Source: Eledone cirrhosa (taxonomy: Eukaryota). Taken from it: a stretch of DNA of 64,000 nucleotides. The position numbers and the translations under genes were made by a program. Location of the stretch: contig OZ024750.1 in NCBI GenBank assembly GCA_964016885.1, positions 32,922,001 through 32,986,000 of the forward strand. The letters are read 5' to 3'. The first letter of the stretch is position 1. Each line of letters starts with the position of its first letter. Shown here in pieces: positions 27,215 to 39,564 of the stretch. A model generated the notes under the pieces. That model worked only from the letters and a program-made list of their open reading frames with translations, had not been told where the DNA came from and searched no databases.

Positions 27215-28770
27215 TCAACAACCACTGCCAGCACAACAAATAATACCAACAACACAACCACACCACAACACCACCACCAACAACAACACAACCACACCAC
27301 AGCACCACCACTACCAACAACAACACAACCACCCCGCAACACCACCACTACCAACAACAACACAACCACCCCGCATAACCACCACCAACAACACAACCAC
27401 ACCACAACACCACCACTACCAACAACAACACAACCACCCCGCAACACCACCACCAACAACAACAACACAACCACACCACAACACCACCACCACCAACAAC
27501 AACACAACCACACCACAACACCACCACCAACAACAACAACACAATCACCCCACAACACCACCACTACCAACAACAACACAACCACACCACCAACAACACA
27601 ACCACACCACATCACAGCACCACACCACATCATATAACCAACAACACAACCACACCACACAACACGACAACCACACCACACCACAACACCACCACCAACA
27701 ACAACAACACAACCACACCACCAACACAACCACATCACATCACAACTCCAGCACTACACCATATAACCAACAACACAACCACACCACAATACCATCACCA
27801 CCAACAACACAACCACACCACACAACACCACAACCACACCACACCACATCACCGCCACCACAACACAACTACACCACAGCACACCACATCACCAACAACA
27901 CAACCACACCACATCACTACCATCAACACCAACAACACAACCACACCGTACCACACCACACCACACCACATCACCATCACTAACACTACAACGCATCACC
28001 ATCACCAACATCACAACCACACCACACCACATCACCATCACCAACACTACAACACATCACCATCACCAACATCACAACCACACCACACCACATCACCAAC
28101 ACTACAACACATCACCATCACCAACATAACAACCACACTACAACACATCACCATTACCATCACCAACATCACCATCACCAACATCACAACCACACTAAAA
28201 CACATCACCATCACAACCACACCACACCACACCACCATCACCAACACTACAACACACCACACTACCACTACCAATATCACTGCCATTACCACCACTAATA
28301 CCACCACTAAAACCACCATTTCTTCCACACCACTACAACCACAGTTATACCACCGCCATCATTATTACCACCACCACAACACCCCTTCCCCTCACCAACT
28401 CTCTCTCTCTGCCTGTCTCTCCTCTCCCTACCTCTTTCTCTGTCTTTCTTCTCCCTCGCCATCTCCCAGTCTACCTGTCTCTCCTCTCCCTACCTATCTC
28501 TCTGTCTGTCTCTCCTCTCCTTATCACCTTCTCTCTATCTGCCTGTCTCTCCTCTCCCTACCTCTCTCGCCGTCTCCCAGTCTACCTGTCTCTCCTCTCC
28601 CTATCAATTCTCTCTATCCGCCTGTCTCTCCTCCTCCTACCCATCTCTCTCTGTCTTTCTTCTCCCTCGCCGTCTCCCAGTCTACCTGTCTCTCCTCTCC
28701 CTATCACCTTCTCTCTATCCGCCTGCCTCTCCTCCTCCTACCCATCTCTCAGTCTCTCCTCATCTCTCTT
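27215..28770. repeat. CA-rich then CT-rich low-complexity arrays
   Basis: Read directly. Confidence 0.9.
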
Positions 28771-28965
28771 CCAACACTAAACACCATAAACGAGATGTTT
28801 TTAACTACTCACTTTAAAGACAAACACAACTATAAAAACTACAACTCTTGGTTTACGGTAGAGGGGATCTCTGTCACTAGCGACGATGAGTGTTCCAGTT
28901 GTTTGACTAATAGAACAGTCTCATGCAATTCCATAAACAAGAATATCTGTAACATAATTCTCAGG

Positions 28966-29107
28966 GGGCACATGGCTTATTGGTTAGAGCATTGGCCTTG
29001 CAATCGAAAGGTTGTGAGTTCAATTCTCAGACCTGGGTGATGTGTTGTTTCCTTGACCAAGACACTTCATTTCACTTTGCTCCAGTTTACTCAGCTGTGC
29101 AAATGAG
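28966..29107 (+). mobile_element. tRNA-derived SINE head with conserved central domain (family B)
   Basis: TGGCTTATTGGTTAG A-box, GAGTTCAATTC B-box, CCTTGACCAAGACACTT...CTCCAGTTTACTCAGCTG core. Confidence 0.75.
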
Positions 29108-30179
29108 ATGATAGGGACTGGAGTCCCTATCATTCCACTGCAAAGTGGTCGTGTAGGTGCCACGGCAAAAAAGCATCCACCACTCCCTGTAAATGAGGTT
29201 GGTGTTAGGAAGGGCATCCAGCTGTAGAAATCAAGCCAGAATCAGTTCCCGGCCCATCCTTGCAAGCAGGGAAAAGCGGACGTAAAATGATGATCATGAT
29301 GATTCAGTGAGACACTATGTGAGAAGACTGACCTGTTGAATTACAGGCACAGTCCATTCAAGAGGATTCCAAACATCTTTGGTCAACTCTGTTTCATTCA
29401 CAAGACTTGGAGTGATCCGAGGTTATATTAAATGATGCACAAAATGTCATGCCGTAGGATTGAACCTGGAACCTATTATAAGGAAGTGGATCTTGTAAAA
29501 CATTTGACTAAACTATACCCGCACAACTCCACCAATACTAACTGGTTACCCTCACTCCAATATTTGTTTCTGATTTAGGCCCAAGTTCAACAATGTTGAG
29601 GGAGGGCAAAGTCAATTAAATCAACTCCAGTGCATTACTGGTACTTTATTTTATTGACTCCGGAATGATGAAAGGCAAAGCTAACCTTGGCCAGATTTGA
29701 ACTCAGATCATAATGGAATGTAACCCTATACCATGAAGCATGCTGCTTTACTGATACTCTGCCATGAACCATGTTGCTTTACCAATACTCCAACCCATTA
29801 CCTCACCCGCCCTCAAATATTAAAAGCCCACCCACTAATACTAACAACCCACCCATCCACCAATACTAACCACCCATGCCCTGATTCTCAAAACACACAC
29901 ACCAATATTAACCACCCACCAACATTAACAATCCAATCACCAATAATTACATTCCACCCACTCATAAATACTCACCATAACCTCATACCCACCAATACTA
30001 ACCACACACATACCTAGTAATCCTTCAAAATCCTTAATTAATTAATTAATTGACATACAATTGCATTTCATTAGAAATGCTGTCAGAAATGAATTAAAGT
30101 TGATAATGATTTTTATCATTCCCAGTTTGTATGATTGTTTCTATATCCAATAATCGTGAAATATATGCTATAATAATCT

Positions 30180-32540
30180 AACCTTCAAAAACTCTATACC
30201 ATCCAGTAATTGTGAAATATATACTATTCCAATCCAATCTCCAAAGCACTAAACCTTTAAATCTATATCCAGTAAGTGTGAAATATATGTTATACCAATC
30301 CAACCTCCAAAACACTAAACCTTTAAATCTATATGTAATAACTGTGAAATATATGTTATACCAATCCAACCTCAAAAACTCTATACCTTTAAATCTATAT
30401 GTAGTAACTGTGAAATATATGTTATACCAATCCAACCTCCCAAAATTCTATACCTTTAAATCTATATGTAGTAACTGTGAAATATATGTTATACCAATTC
30501 AACCTCAAAAACTCTATACCTTTAAATCTATATGCAGTAACTGTGAAATATATGTTATACCAATTCAACCTCCGAAACTCTATACCTTTAAATCTATATG
30601 CAGTAACTGTGAAATATATGTTATACCAATTCAACCTCAAAAACTCTATACCTTTAAATCTATATGTAGTAACTGTGAAATATATGTTATACCAATTCAA
30701 CCTCCGAAACTCTATACCTTTAAATCTATATGCAGTAACTGTGAAATATATGTTATACCAATTCAACCTCCGAAACTCTATACCTTTAAATCTATATGCA
30801 GTAACTGTGAAATATATGTTATACCAATTCAGCCTCCAAAACTCTATACATTTAAATCTATATGCAGTAACTGTGAAATATATGTTATACCAATTCAGCC
30901 TCCAAAACTCTATACCTTTAAATCTATATCCAGTAACTGTGAAATATATGTTATACCAATTCAACCTCCGAAACTCTTATCCCTGTTTCTGTGTCGTGTG
31001 AAGCGACAGTGAATACAAGATTATCCCCTGGACAGGATACCAACCCATCACCAATTCCCCCTCCTCCAGCTATTGCTTGTACTCATTTTCAACTGAGTAT
31101 ACTGGAGCAACGTAAAATCAAGTGTTTTGTGAAATATATGTTATACCAATTCAACCTCAAAAACTCTATACCTTCAATTCTATATCCAGTAACCGTGAAA
31201 TATATGTTATACCAATTCAACCTCAAAAACTCTATACCTTCAATTCTATATGTAGTAACTGTGAAATATATGTTATACCAATTCAACCTCAAAAACTCTA
31301 TACCTTCAATTCTATATCCAGTAACCGTGAAATATATGTTATACCAATTCAACCTCCGAAACTCTATACCTTTAAATCTATATGTAGTAACTGTGAAATA
31401 TATGTTATACCAATTCAACCTCAAAAACTTTATACCTTCAATTCTATATGTAGTAGCTGTGAAATATATACTACACCAATTCAACCTCAAAAACTCTATA
31501 CCTTTAAATCTATATGTAGTAAGTGTGAAATATATGTTATACCAATTCAACCTCAAAAACTCTATACCTTTAAATCTATATGTAGTAAGTGTGAAATATA
31601 TGTTATACCAATTCAACCTCAAAAACTCTATACCTTTAAATCTATATCCAGTAACTGTGAAATATATGTTATACCAATTCAACCTCCGAAACTCTATATC
31701 TTTAAATCTATATGCAGTAACTGTGAAATATATGTTATACCAATTCAACCTCAAAAACTCTATACCTTTAAATCTATATGCAGTAACTGTGAAATATATG
31801 TTATAGCAATTCAACCTCAAAAACTCTATAGCTTTAAATCTATATGCAGTAACTGTGAAATATATGCTATACCAATTCAACCTCAAAAACTCTATACCTT
31901 TAAATCTATATGCAGTAACTGTGAAATATGTTATACCAATTCAACCTCAAAAACTCTATACCTTTAAATCTATATGCAGTAACTGTGAAATATATGCTAT
32001 ACCAATTCAACCTCAAAAACTCTATACCTTTAAATCTATATGCAGTAACTGTTAAATATATGTTATAGCAATTCAACCTCAAAAACTCTATACCTTTAAA
32101 TCTATATGCAGTAACTGTGAAATATATGCTATACCAATTCAACCTCAAAAACTCTATACCTTTAAATCTATATGCAGTAACTGTGAAATATAAGTTATAC
32201 CAATTCAACCTCAAAAACTCTATACCTTTAAATCTATATGCAGTAACTGTGAAATATATGCTATACCAATTCAACCTCAAAAACTCTATACCTTTAAATC
32301 TATATGCAGTAACTGTGAAATATATGCTATACCAATTCAACCTCAAAAACTCTATACCTTTAAATCTATATGCAGTAACTGTGAAATATATGCTATACCA
32401 ATTCAACCTCAAAAACTCTATACCTTTAAATCTATATGCAGTAACTGTTAAATATATGTTATAGCAATTCAACCTCAAAAACTCTATACCTTTAAATCTA
32501 TATGCAGTAACTGTGAAATATATGCTATATTAATAGTAAC
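30180..32540. repeat. 66-bp minisatellite, about 33 copies, interrupted at 30976-31128
   Basis: Unit GTGAAATATATGTTATACCAATTCAACCTCAAAAACTCTATACCTTTAAATCTATATGCAGTAACT; 22-aa periodic ORFs. Confidence 0.97.
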
Positions 32541-32567
32541 TCTGAAAACTCTATAAGGCTTAGTGAT

Positions 32568-32607
<40 letters not shown>

Positions 32608-32665
32608 AAGAGGCGGGGGGAATGATATAAGAGAGAAAAGAAGAAAGTATGAGAAAGAGAAAAAG

Positions 32666-32700
<35 letters not shown>

Positions 32701-33695
32701 GAGAGACAGAGAGAGTGAGGTTGTTTAGAAAAGAAAAGCTGCATGAAGCTGTGGGATGAGGTAGTAAATAGTTTAACAGACAGAGCGACAGTTTGATTGA
32801 TAGACGGACAGGTCGAACCTTATAAATGGATAGACCGATTGATTTATTGATTAACTACATAGATAGTTTCAGGAGAGAGAGAGAGGTGGGGATAGTGGTG
32901 TGGTGATGATGTGGTGTGTTTTTGTGTGGTGGTGGTGGTAGTAGTGATGGGGTGTGTTGTTGTGTGGTGGTGATGGGGTGTGTGAGGTGGGTGCGGCGGT
33001 TGTGGTGGTGATGGGGCGTGTTATTGTTGTGATGGTGGTGGTGGTGGTGATGGGGCGTGTTGTTGTTGTGGTGGTGGTGATGGGGCGTGTTGTTGTTGTT
33101 GTTGTGGTGGTGGTGATGGGGCGTGTTGTTGTTTTTGTTGTGGTGGTGGTGATGGTGATGGGGCATGTTGTGTGTGTGGCGGTGGTGGTGGTGATGGGGC
33201 TTGTTGTTTATGATGTTGTGTGTGTGGTGGTGTGTGATTGGTGTGGCGGCGGTGGTGGTGGTGGTAGTAGTGGGGTGAAAGTGAGGGGGGGGTGGCAGTG
33301 TTTAGGCCGCTTGTTGTTGTTGGTGGTGGTGGTGAAGAAGGTGGTGAAGGTAATAGTGGTGCTGGTGGTCGGGGTGATTGTGGAGGTGTTGTATGTGTGT
33401 TGGGAGAGAGATGAGGGTGGTGGTACGAGTGGTGTGGTGGTGGCGGTGGTGGTGGTGGTGGTGGGGGGGGGGGTTAGTATTAGTGGCGTAGTGGTGGTGT
33501 TGATGGTGGGTGTAGTAGTGATGGTGGGGACAGTGGGGCGTCTGACGGAGACAAACAGTCAGAGAGAGAGAGATGAAGAGAAGAGCGAATAAATATGAAA
33601 GGGTGGCATATCTAAATATATAATGAGATAGAAAGACGGGAGAGAGTGTTGGAGAGAGGGAGAGAGAAGAGTAAGAGTGGTAGAGTAAAGAGAGG

Positions 33696-33736
<41 letters not shown>

Positions 33737-34096
33737 TGGGGAGAGAGAAAGAGAGAGAGGTGTGAGAGGTAGAAATATAGAGTTATGGGTAGTGAATATG
33801 GGTAAAAATAGGCAATCACACACAGATAAAGACCCACACACATACACAGATATATACACACACGGAGACACAGACACACACAGTCACAATCACACACTCA
33901 ATCAATAACACACACACACACATATATATATATACATATATATACATATATACATATGTATATACTTATATACATATATATATACATATACATATATACA
34001 TATATATATATACATATATATATAGACATATATATACATATACATATATATATATATAGACATATATATATATATAGACATATATATATATATATA

Positions 34097-34132
<36 letters not shown>

Positions 34133-34468
34133 TATATATATACATATATATATATATACATATATATGTTTATATATATATATACATATATATGTGTATA
34201 TATATATATATATATATACATATATATGTATATATATATATATACATATATATGTATATATATATATATATATATACATATATATGTATATATATATATA
34301 TATATATACATATATATATGTATATATATATATATGTATATATATATATGTATATATATACATATATATATGTATATATATATATGTATATATATATATG
34401 TATATATATATATGTATATATATATATGTATATATATATGTATATATATATATGTATATATGTATATA

Positions 34469-34591
<123 letters not shown>

Positions 34592-34600
34592 GTATATATG

Positions 34601-34715
<115 letters not shown>

Positions 34716-34788
34716 GTATATATATATGTATATATATATATAATAAATAAATAACAAAGAACGCTTATAGCATATGCATATCTTTACT

Positions 34789-34834
34789 TGCTAACATTGT
34801 TTCATCCACACTATAAGTGGGACTCATCAGAGCA
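34789..34834 (-). ncRNA. Type I hammerhead ribozyme (mirror copy)
   Basis: Reverse complement of 35144-35189. Confidence 0.8.
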
Positions 34835-35143
34835 TAAAGGTTAATTACATACCATACAAGCAATAACAAATCCAAGACATTGAAGAATGAAAGGTAATAA
34901 TAGACGATATATATCCATGTGTCTACTCTTGTCTGTTCTCTTATCCATGTGTATGCTTGTATGTAACTATATGTTGACAGCACACCGCCCAACTGTGACA
35001 GATAGCACGCCTTATTTTTATTTTTATTTTTATTTTTACTTTTATTTTTATTTTTTATTCTTATCCTCTATCGTCTATTATTACCTTTCATTCTTCAATG
35101 TCTTGGATTTGTTATTGCTTGTATGGTATGTAATTAACCTTTA

Positions 35144-35189
35144 TGCTCTGATGAGTCCCACTTATAGTGTGGATGAAACAATGTTAGCA
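35144..35189 (+). ncRNA. Type I hammerhead ribozyme
   Basis: TGCT-CTGATGA-GTCC(CACTTATAGTGT)GGAT-GAAAC-AAT-GT-T-AGCA. Confidence 0.8.
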
Positions 35190-35450
35190 AGTAAAGATAT
35201 GCATATGCTATAAGCGTTCTTTGTTATTTATTTATTATATTACGGCTCTGTCCTCAGACATTGAGCTAACCTCATACTGCCTGCTGGATAAGTGGAGTGT
35301 TATACACCCCTGATCCTTTCCCTAGCATACTATATATATATATGTATATATAGATATGTATATATATATGTATATATATATATGTATATATATATATATG
35401 TATATATATATATGTATATATATATATGTATATATATGTATATATATATG

Positions 35451-35487
<37 letters not shown>

Positions 35488-36116
35488 GTATATATATATA
35501 TGTATGTATATATATGTATATATATATATATGTATATATATATGTATATATATATGTATATATTTATGTATATATTTATGTGTATATATATGTGTATATA
35601 TATGTATATATATATGTATATATATATGTATATATGTATATATATATGTATATATATATGTATATATATATGTATATATATATATGTGTATATATATGTA
35701 TATATATATGTATATATATATGTATATATATATATGTGTATATATATGTATATATATATGTATATATATATGTGTATATATATGTGTATATATATATATA
35801 TATGTGTATATATATATATGTGTATATATATGTGTGTATATATATATGTGTATATATATATATATATGTGTATATATATATATATGTGTATATATATATA
35901 TATATGTATATATATATGTGTGTATATATATATATATGTATATATATATGTGTATATATATATATGTATATATATATGTGTATATATATATATATGTATA
36001 TATATATGTGTATATATATATATGTGTATATATATATACACATATATATATACACATATATATATACATATATATATACACATATATATACATATATATG
36101 TATATATATATATATA

Positions 36117-36573
36117 TATTGGTAAAAGGAAAAGAAAATGCTGACAAATTGTTCCCAGTGAGAAATAATTTAATTAGGAATAAGCAAAAATTAGTAATAA
36201 GTATTGGTTAGTATTCAGTTAAATTGAATACTAACCAATACTTATTACTAATTCAGTTAAACTGAATACTAACCAATTGGCAGAATCGGTAGAGGGTCGG
36301 ACGCCATGCTTTCCAGCATAGTTACGTCCCTTTACGATCTGAGTTCAAATCCCGCCGAGGTTGACTTTGCCTTTCATCCTTACGGGGTCGATAAAATAAA
36401 GTACCAGAAATACACTGGATAATTGCTGGCCTTGTGCCTGATGTAGAAACAAATATTTATTACTAATTTTTACTTATTCCTAATTAAACTATTTCTCACT
36501 GGGAACAATTTGTCAGCATTTTCTTTTCCTTTTATCAATATATCATAACTCGTATGTTACACCTCTATTCTTT

Positions 36574-36575
<2 letters not shown>
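36117..36575. mobile_element. Fold-back insert in (TA)n with a SINE inserted in the right arm
   Basis: 36117-36220 mirrors 36222-36252 plus 36453-36540; SINE family A occupies 36278-36455. Confidence 0.8.
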
Positions 36576-36612
<37 letters not shown>

Positions 36613-36617
<5 letters not shown>

Positions 36618-36800
36618 AACGAGTAGAACCCCGACGGCTGAGCTCAAGCCGTTTCGACGGCTAATTCTGGACTGAATTAGCCGTCGAAACGGCTTGAGCT
36701 CAGCTGTCGGGGTCCTACTCGTTCCTATTACCCACTCTACTACTCTAAGTATTGAGTACTTTGGTGCGTCCATCTGGTTCCTTACCACATTTCCTTCGTT
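36613..36800 (+). mobile_element. Small fold-back family (three copies): arms 36613-36667/36674-36728 plus tail
   Basis: Palindrome GAGCTCAAGCCGTTTCGACGGCTA...TAGCCGTCGAAACGGCTTGAGCTC, tail hairpin 36734-36757, (TA)n flanks. Confidence 0.88.
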
Positions 36801-37120
36801 ATATATATATATATATATAACTTCCAAAGTTACAGTAGTTTCACCATATTCACCAGCCAGTATTTTGTAATTAGCAGTGGTACAGTGTGGTACAATCTGA
36901 TTACCGAATATGTAAAAGAAAAAAACCTTCTTTTTAACTTCATTATTTTAATTTGCAGCAAATTTGGTGGCAGTTTTTTTACAGAGCGGCGTGTTAACTA
37001 GCAAAAACTTACAGTTTCCGTAACACACACACAGACACACATACGTTGGCTAACGATTATTGAAAAGTATGTACACACACACATTCATACTCACACAGAC
37101 TAAATTCTAAAGTCTGTCAC

Positions 37121-37388
37121 AAGCCCGGAAGCTCATGAAGTCGGAGCTTATCCCTGTTTCTGTGTCGTGTGAAGCGACAGTGAATACAAGATTATCCCCT
37201 GGACAGGATACCAGCCCATCACCAGTTCCCCCTTCTCCAGCTATTGCTGGTACTCATTTTCAACTGAGTATACTGGAGCAACGTAAAATGAAGTGTTTTA
37301 CTCAAGAACACAACACAGAGCCCCATCCAGGAATCGAACCCACGGCATTATGATAGTAAATCCAACACCCTTACCACTAGGTCACACG
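37121..37388 (-). mobile_element. tRNA-derived SINE family B (Nin/Deu-like core)
   Basis: Core GGTACTCATTTTCAACTGAGT...GGAGCAAC and a tRNA-like head at the right end; a diverged copy lies at 40271-40494. Confidence 0.75.
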
Positions 37389-37498
37389 CATCCACACAGA
37401 CATACATATATGTACAGAGTAAGACTTCCACACGTATAAATGAATACGTAAACCTCTGAATGTCTATGTTTATACACACGCTCACACACACACACACA

Positions 37499-37584
<86 letters not shown>

Positions 37585-37759
37585 CGCGCATATATGAATT
37601 AATGTACACACAGAAACACGCTATGATATGAACCTGCCTCCACATCCTGAGGCAGGTTCATATTTAAACCTTAGGGTGCCCGAGGCAGTTCAGGTTTTGT
37701 GGGTCCTTCATATAACAACAAGCACAGTAAGGGCCCATCTCTAACTCTGTTATTAAAAG

Positions 37760-38045
37760 TTAGCAGGGGGCTCAGTTCTGAGAGTATGGGAAGAGGCTGT
37801 TTTTAGAGTTGGGGGAATGATTGACAAGGTGTGCCATGGGTAAACACCTCCGCCATCCCCTGATAAATTCGCCCTTTCCTGTAGGTACGCATCGAAAGGG
37901 GAAGATCGAGAGTAAGCCGAAGGAGAGGCTGGAGTGATAACATCAGGGAATGGATAGAAAGAACGGTGGCGGAGTGAAGGGCTGTGGTGAGGGAGAGTAG
38001 CCAGTTGAGAGCGGTGTGCAGTTGTCCACGATCCCTGCCCCTCAT
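37760..38045 (+). pseudogene. Degenerate RTE-like LINE C-terminus
   Basis: VRIERGRSRVSRRRGWSDNIREWIERTVAE resembles the RTE GxRxRGRPxxxWxDxIxEW motif. Confidence 0.55.
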
Positions 38046-38282
38046 TAATGAGTTTGAGAAATGAAAAAAACACATGTGCACACGTGTATACATTCGCATG
38101 CAAACACGTAATGCACATTTATATGAAGTCTGATGCTCATCTACTCACATGCAACTAGACACAAACACATTATATATACTCACACGCATATATATATATA
38201 TATATATATACATACATATGTCCCAAGGCTCTGATACCATCAACACCATAAACACAGAGCTGGCATATCTAAGAACTGACTA

Positions 38283-38338
38283 ACTGCCTGATGAGGTCAT
38301 AGCCTTTCAATGGCTATCATCGAAATATATATAGCAGT
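38283..38338 (+). ncRNA. Type I hammerhead ribozyme in a ~165-bp insert (38220-38384) between (TA)n tracts
   Basis: ACTGC-CTGATGA-GGTCATAGCC(TTTCAAT)GGCTATCATC-GAAA-TATATA-T-A-GCAGT followed by AATAAA. Confidence 0.9.
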
Positions 38339-38379
38339 AAATAAAGGATTATGAGTTCATGCAATTGACTTATGTTTCG

Positions 38380-38476
<97 letters not shown>

Positions 38477-38799
38477 GTGTGTGTGGCTTAATACACACCC
38501 TTAAAGCAGATAATAATGTAAAAAAAAATGTGTATGTAAATGAGAGGGAAAAAGAAAATAGAGCCAGATAGAGATGGAAAAGGGAGATAAATAGAGAGAA
38601 AGATTTAAAAGAGATTGAAGAAGAAAAACCAAGAAAGTTTGACATCACAAAATGACGTTTCTTTATCTCCCATTTAATATTTATTTCAACTGTCTGTGTT
38701 TCTTCTACCTCCCAATATTCACCTCTCATTCCATTAGAACTGTCAGTCTTTCTTCATCTGTTATTATTTCTACCTTCAACTCAGATTCAGGGCAATGTT

Positions 38800-39030
38800 C
38801 TTCGTTGATTATTCTCGAACAGATGTAGATCTTCGTGCTAAATGTTGTGGATCCACGCACTGCTGATTCCCTCTGTAAAATCGGAAAGACAGCAGCAGCT
38901 CGCTTAAGGATGGAGCCCCGTGAAGTGGGCTGGCAGTTTTAGCGAGCGAGAACAGCGGGTGTCTCTGGCTATTCTCCGCGGTAACGCCTTTGCTATTTTG
39001 TCCCCGGGATGCAGCTGAGGCAATTCACAG
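38800..39030 (+). pseudogene. CRE-like RLE C-terminal remnant
   Basis: RVSLAILRGNAFAIL motif, homologous to the 21381 fragment. Confidence 0.65.
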
Positions 39031-39350
39031 ATTGGGGTGTAGTGTTTGTCCCTCTCTTTCCTCCTTTCTTTCGTTGCTTGATCCATTTTTCTCTTTCTTA
39101 TTTTCATTTCCTCTTTTCTCCTTCCCGTCTCTTCTCTTTAATAGTGTATTTTGTTTTAATAAGACGCTGATCAATTATTTATACATAATTATGTCCTAGA
39201 AATAAAGTTTATTTCTAACACCCCCCCCCCCCCCCCCCCCCCCCCCAAAAAAAAACCCCGATGAATTATCTCCAGAGGACTACTTTTACACTCGCGCAGA
39301 ACCAAAACCTCTTATATCATTGTGAACATGTTTTCATACCAACACATTTA

Positions 39351-39564
39351 TAGAAGGAGGTGATGAAAAGGTCCTGACTTTGGGTAAAAGAAAATACAGG
39401 AGAATCAGATAATTATGATCTTATTCAACATATTTTCCTCTCACACATTTATTGCAGCAGTCCTTCAACTTTTCTAAGCCCTGTAAAAAGAACTCTGAAT
39501 GTTGGGCCTCCAAGCAGGCCTGTGTAGCAACTTAAAGTCAGGAACTTTTCACCACCCCCTCGTA
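39351..39564. mobile_element. Mariner-type MITE
   Basis: TIRs TAGAAGGAGGTGATGAAAAGGTCCTGACTTT/AAAGTCAGGAACTTTTCACCACCCCCTCGTA with TA ends. Confidence 0.8.

Larger units (their letters stand above)
34738..35330 (+). mobile_element. Fold-back insert in (TA)n: arms 34738-34909/35069-35240 plus tail
   Basis: Arms of about 172 bp are essentially identical (same peptide on both strands in the ORF track), each with a hammerhead; tail hairpin 35245-35266. Confidence 0.9.

Noticed and set aside
28966-29040. tRNA-like sequences here and at other SINE heads
   Set aside because: They have A and B boxes but no complete cloverleaf, and are followed by SINE bodies.
30212-32478. 22-aa periodic ORFs on both strands
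   Set aside because: They are a by-product of a 66-bp minisatellite.
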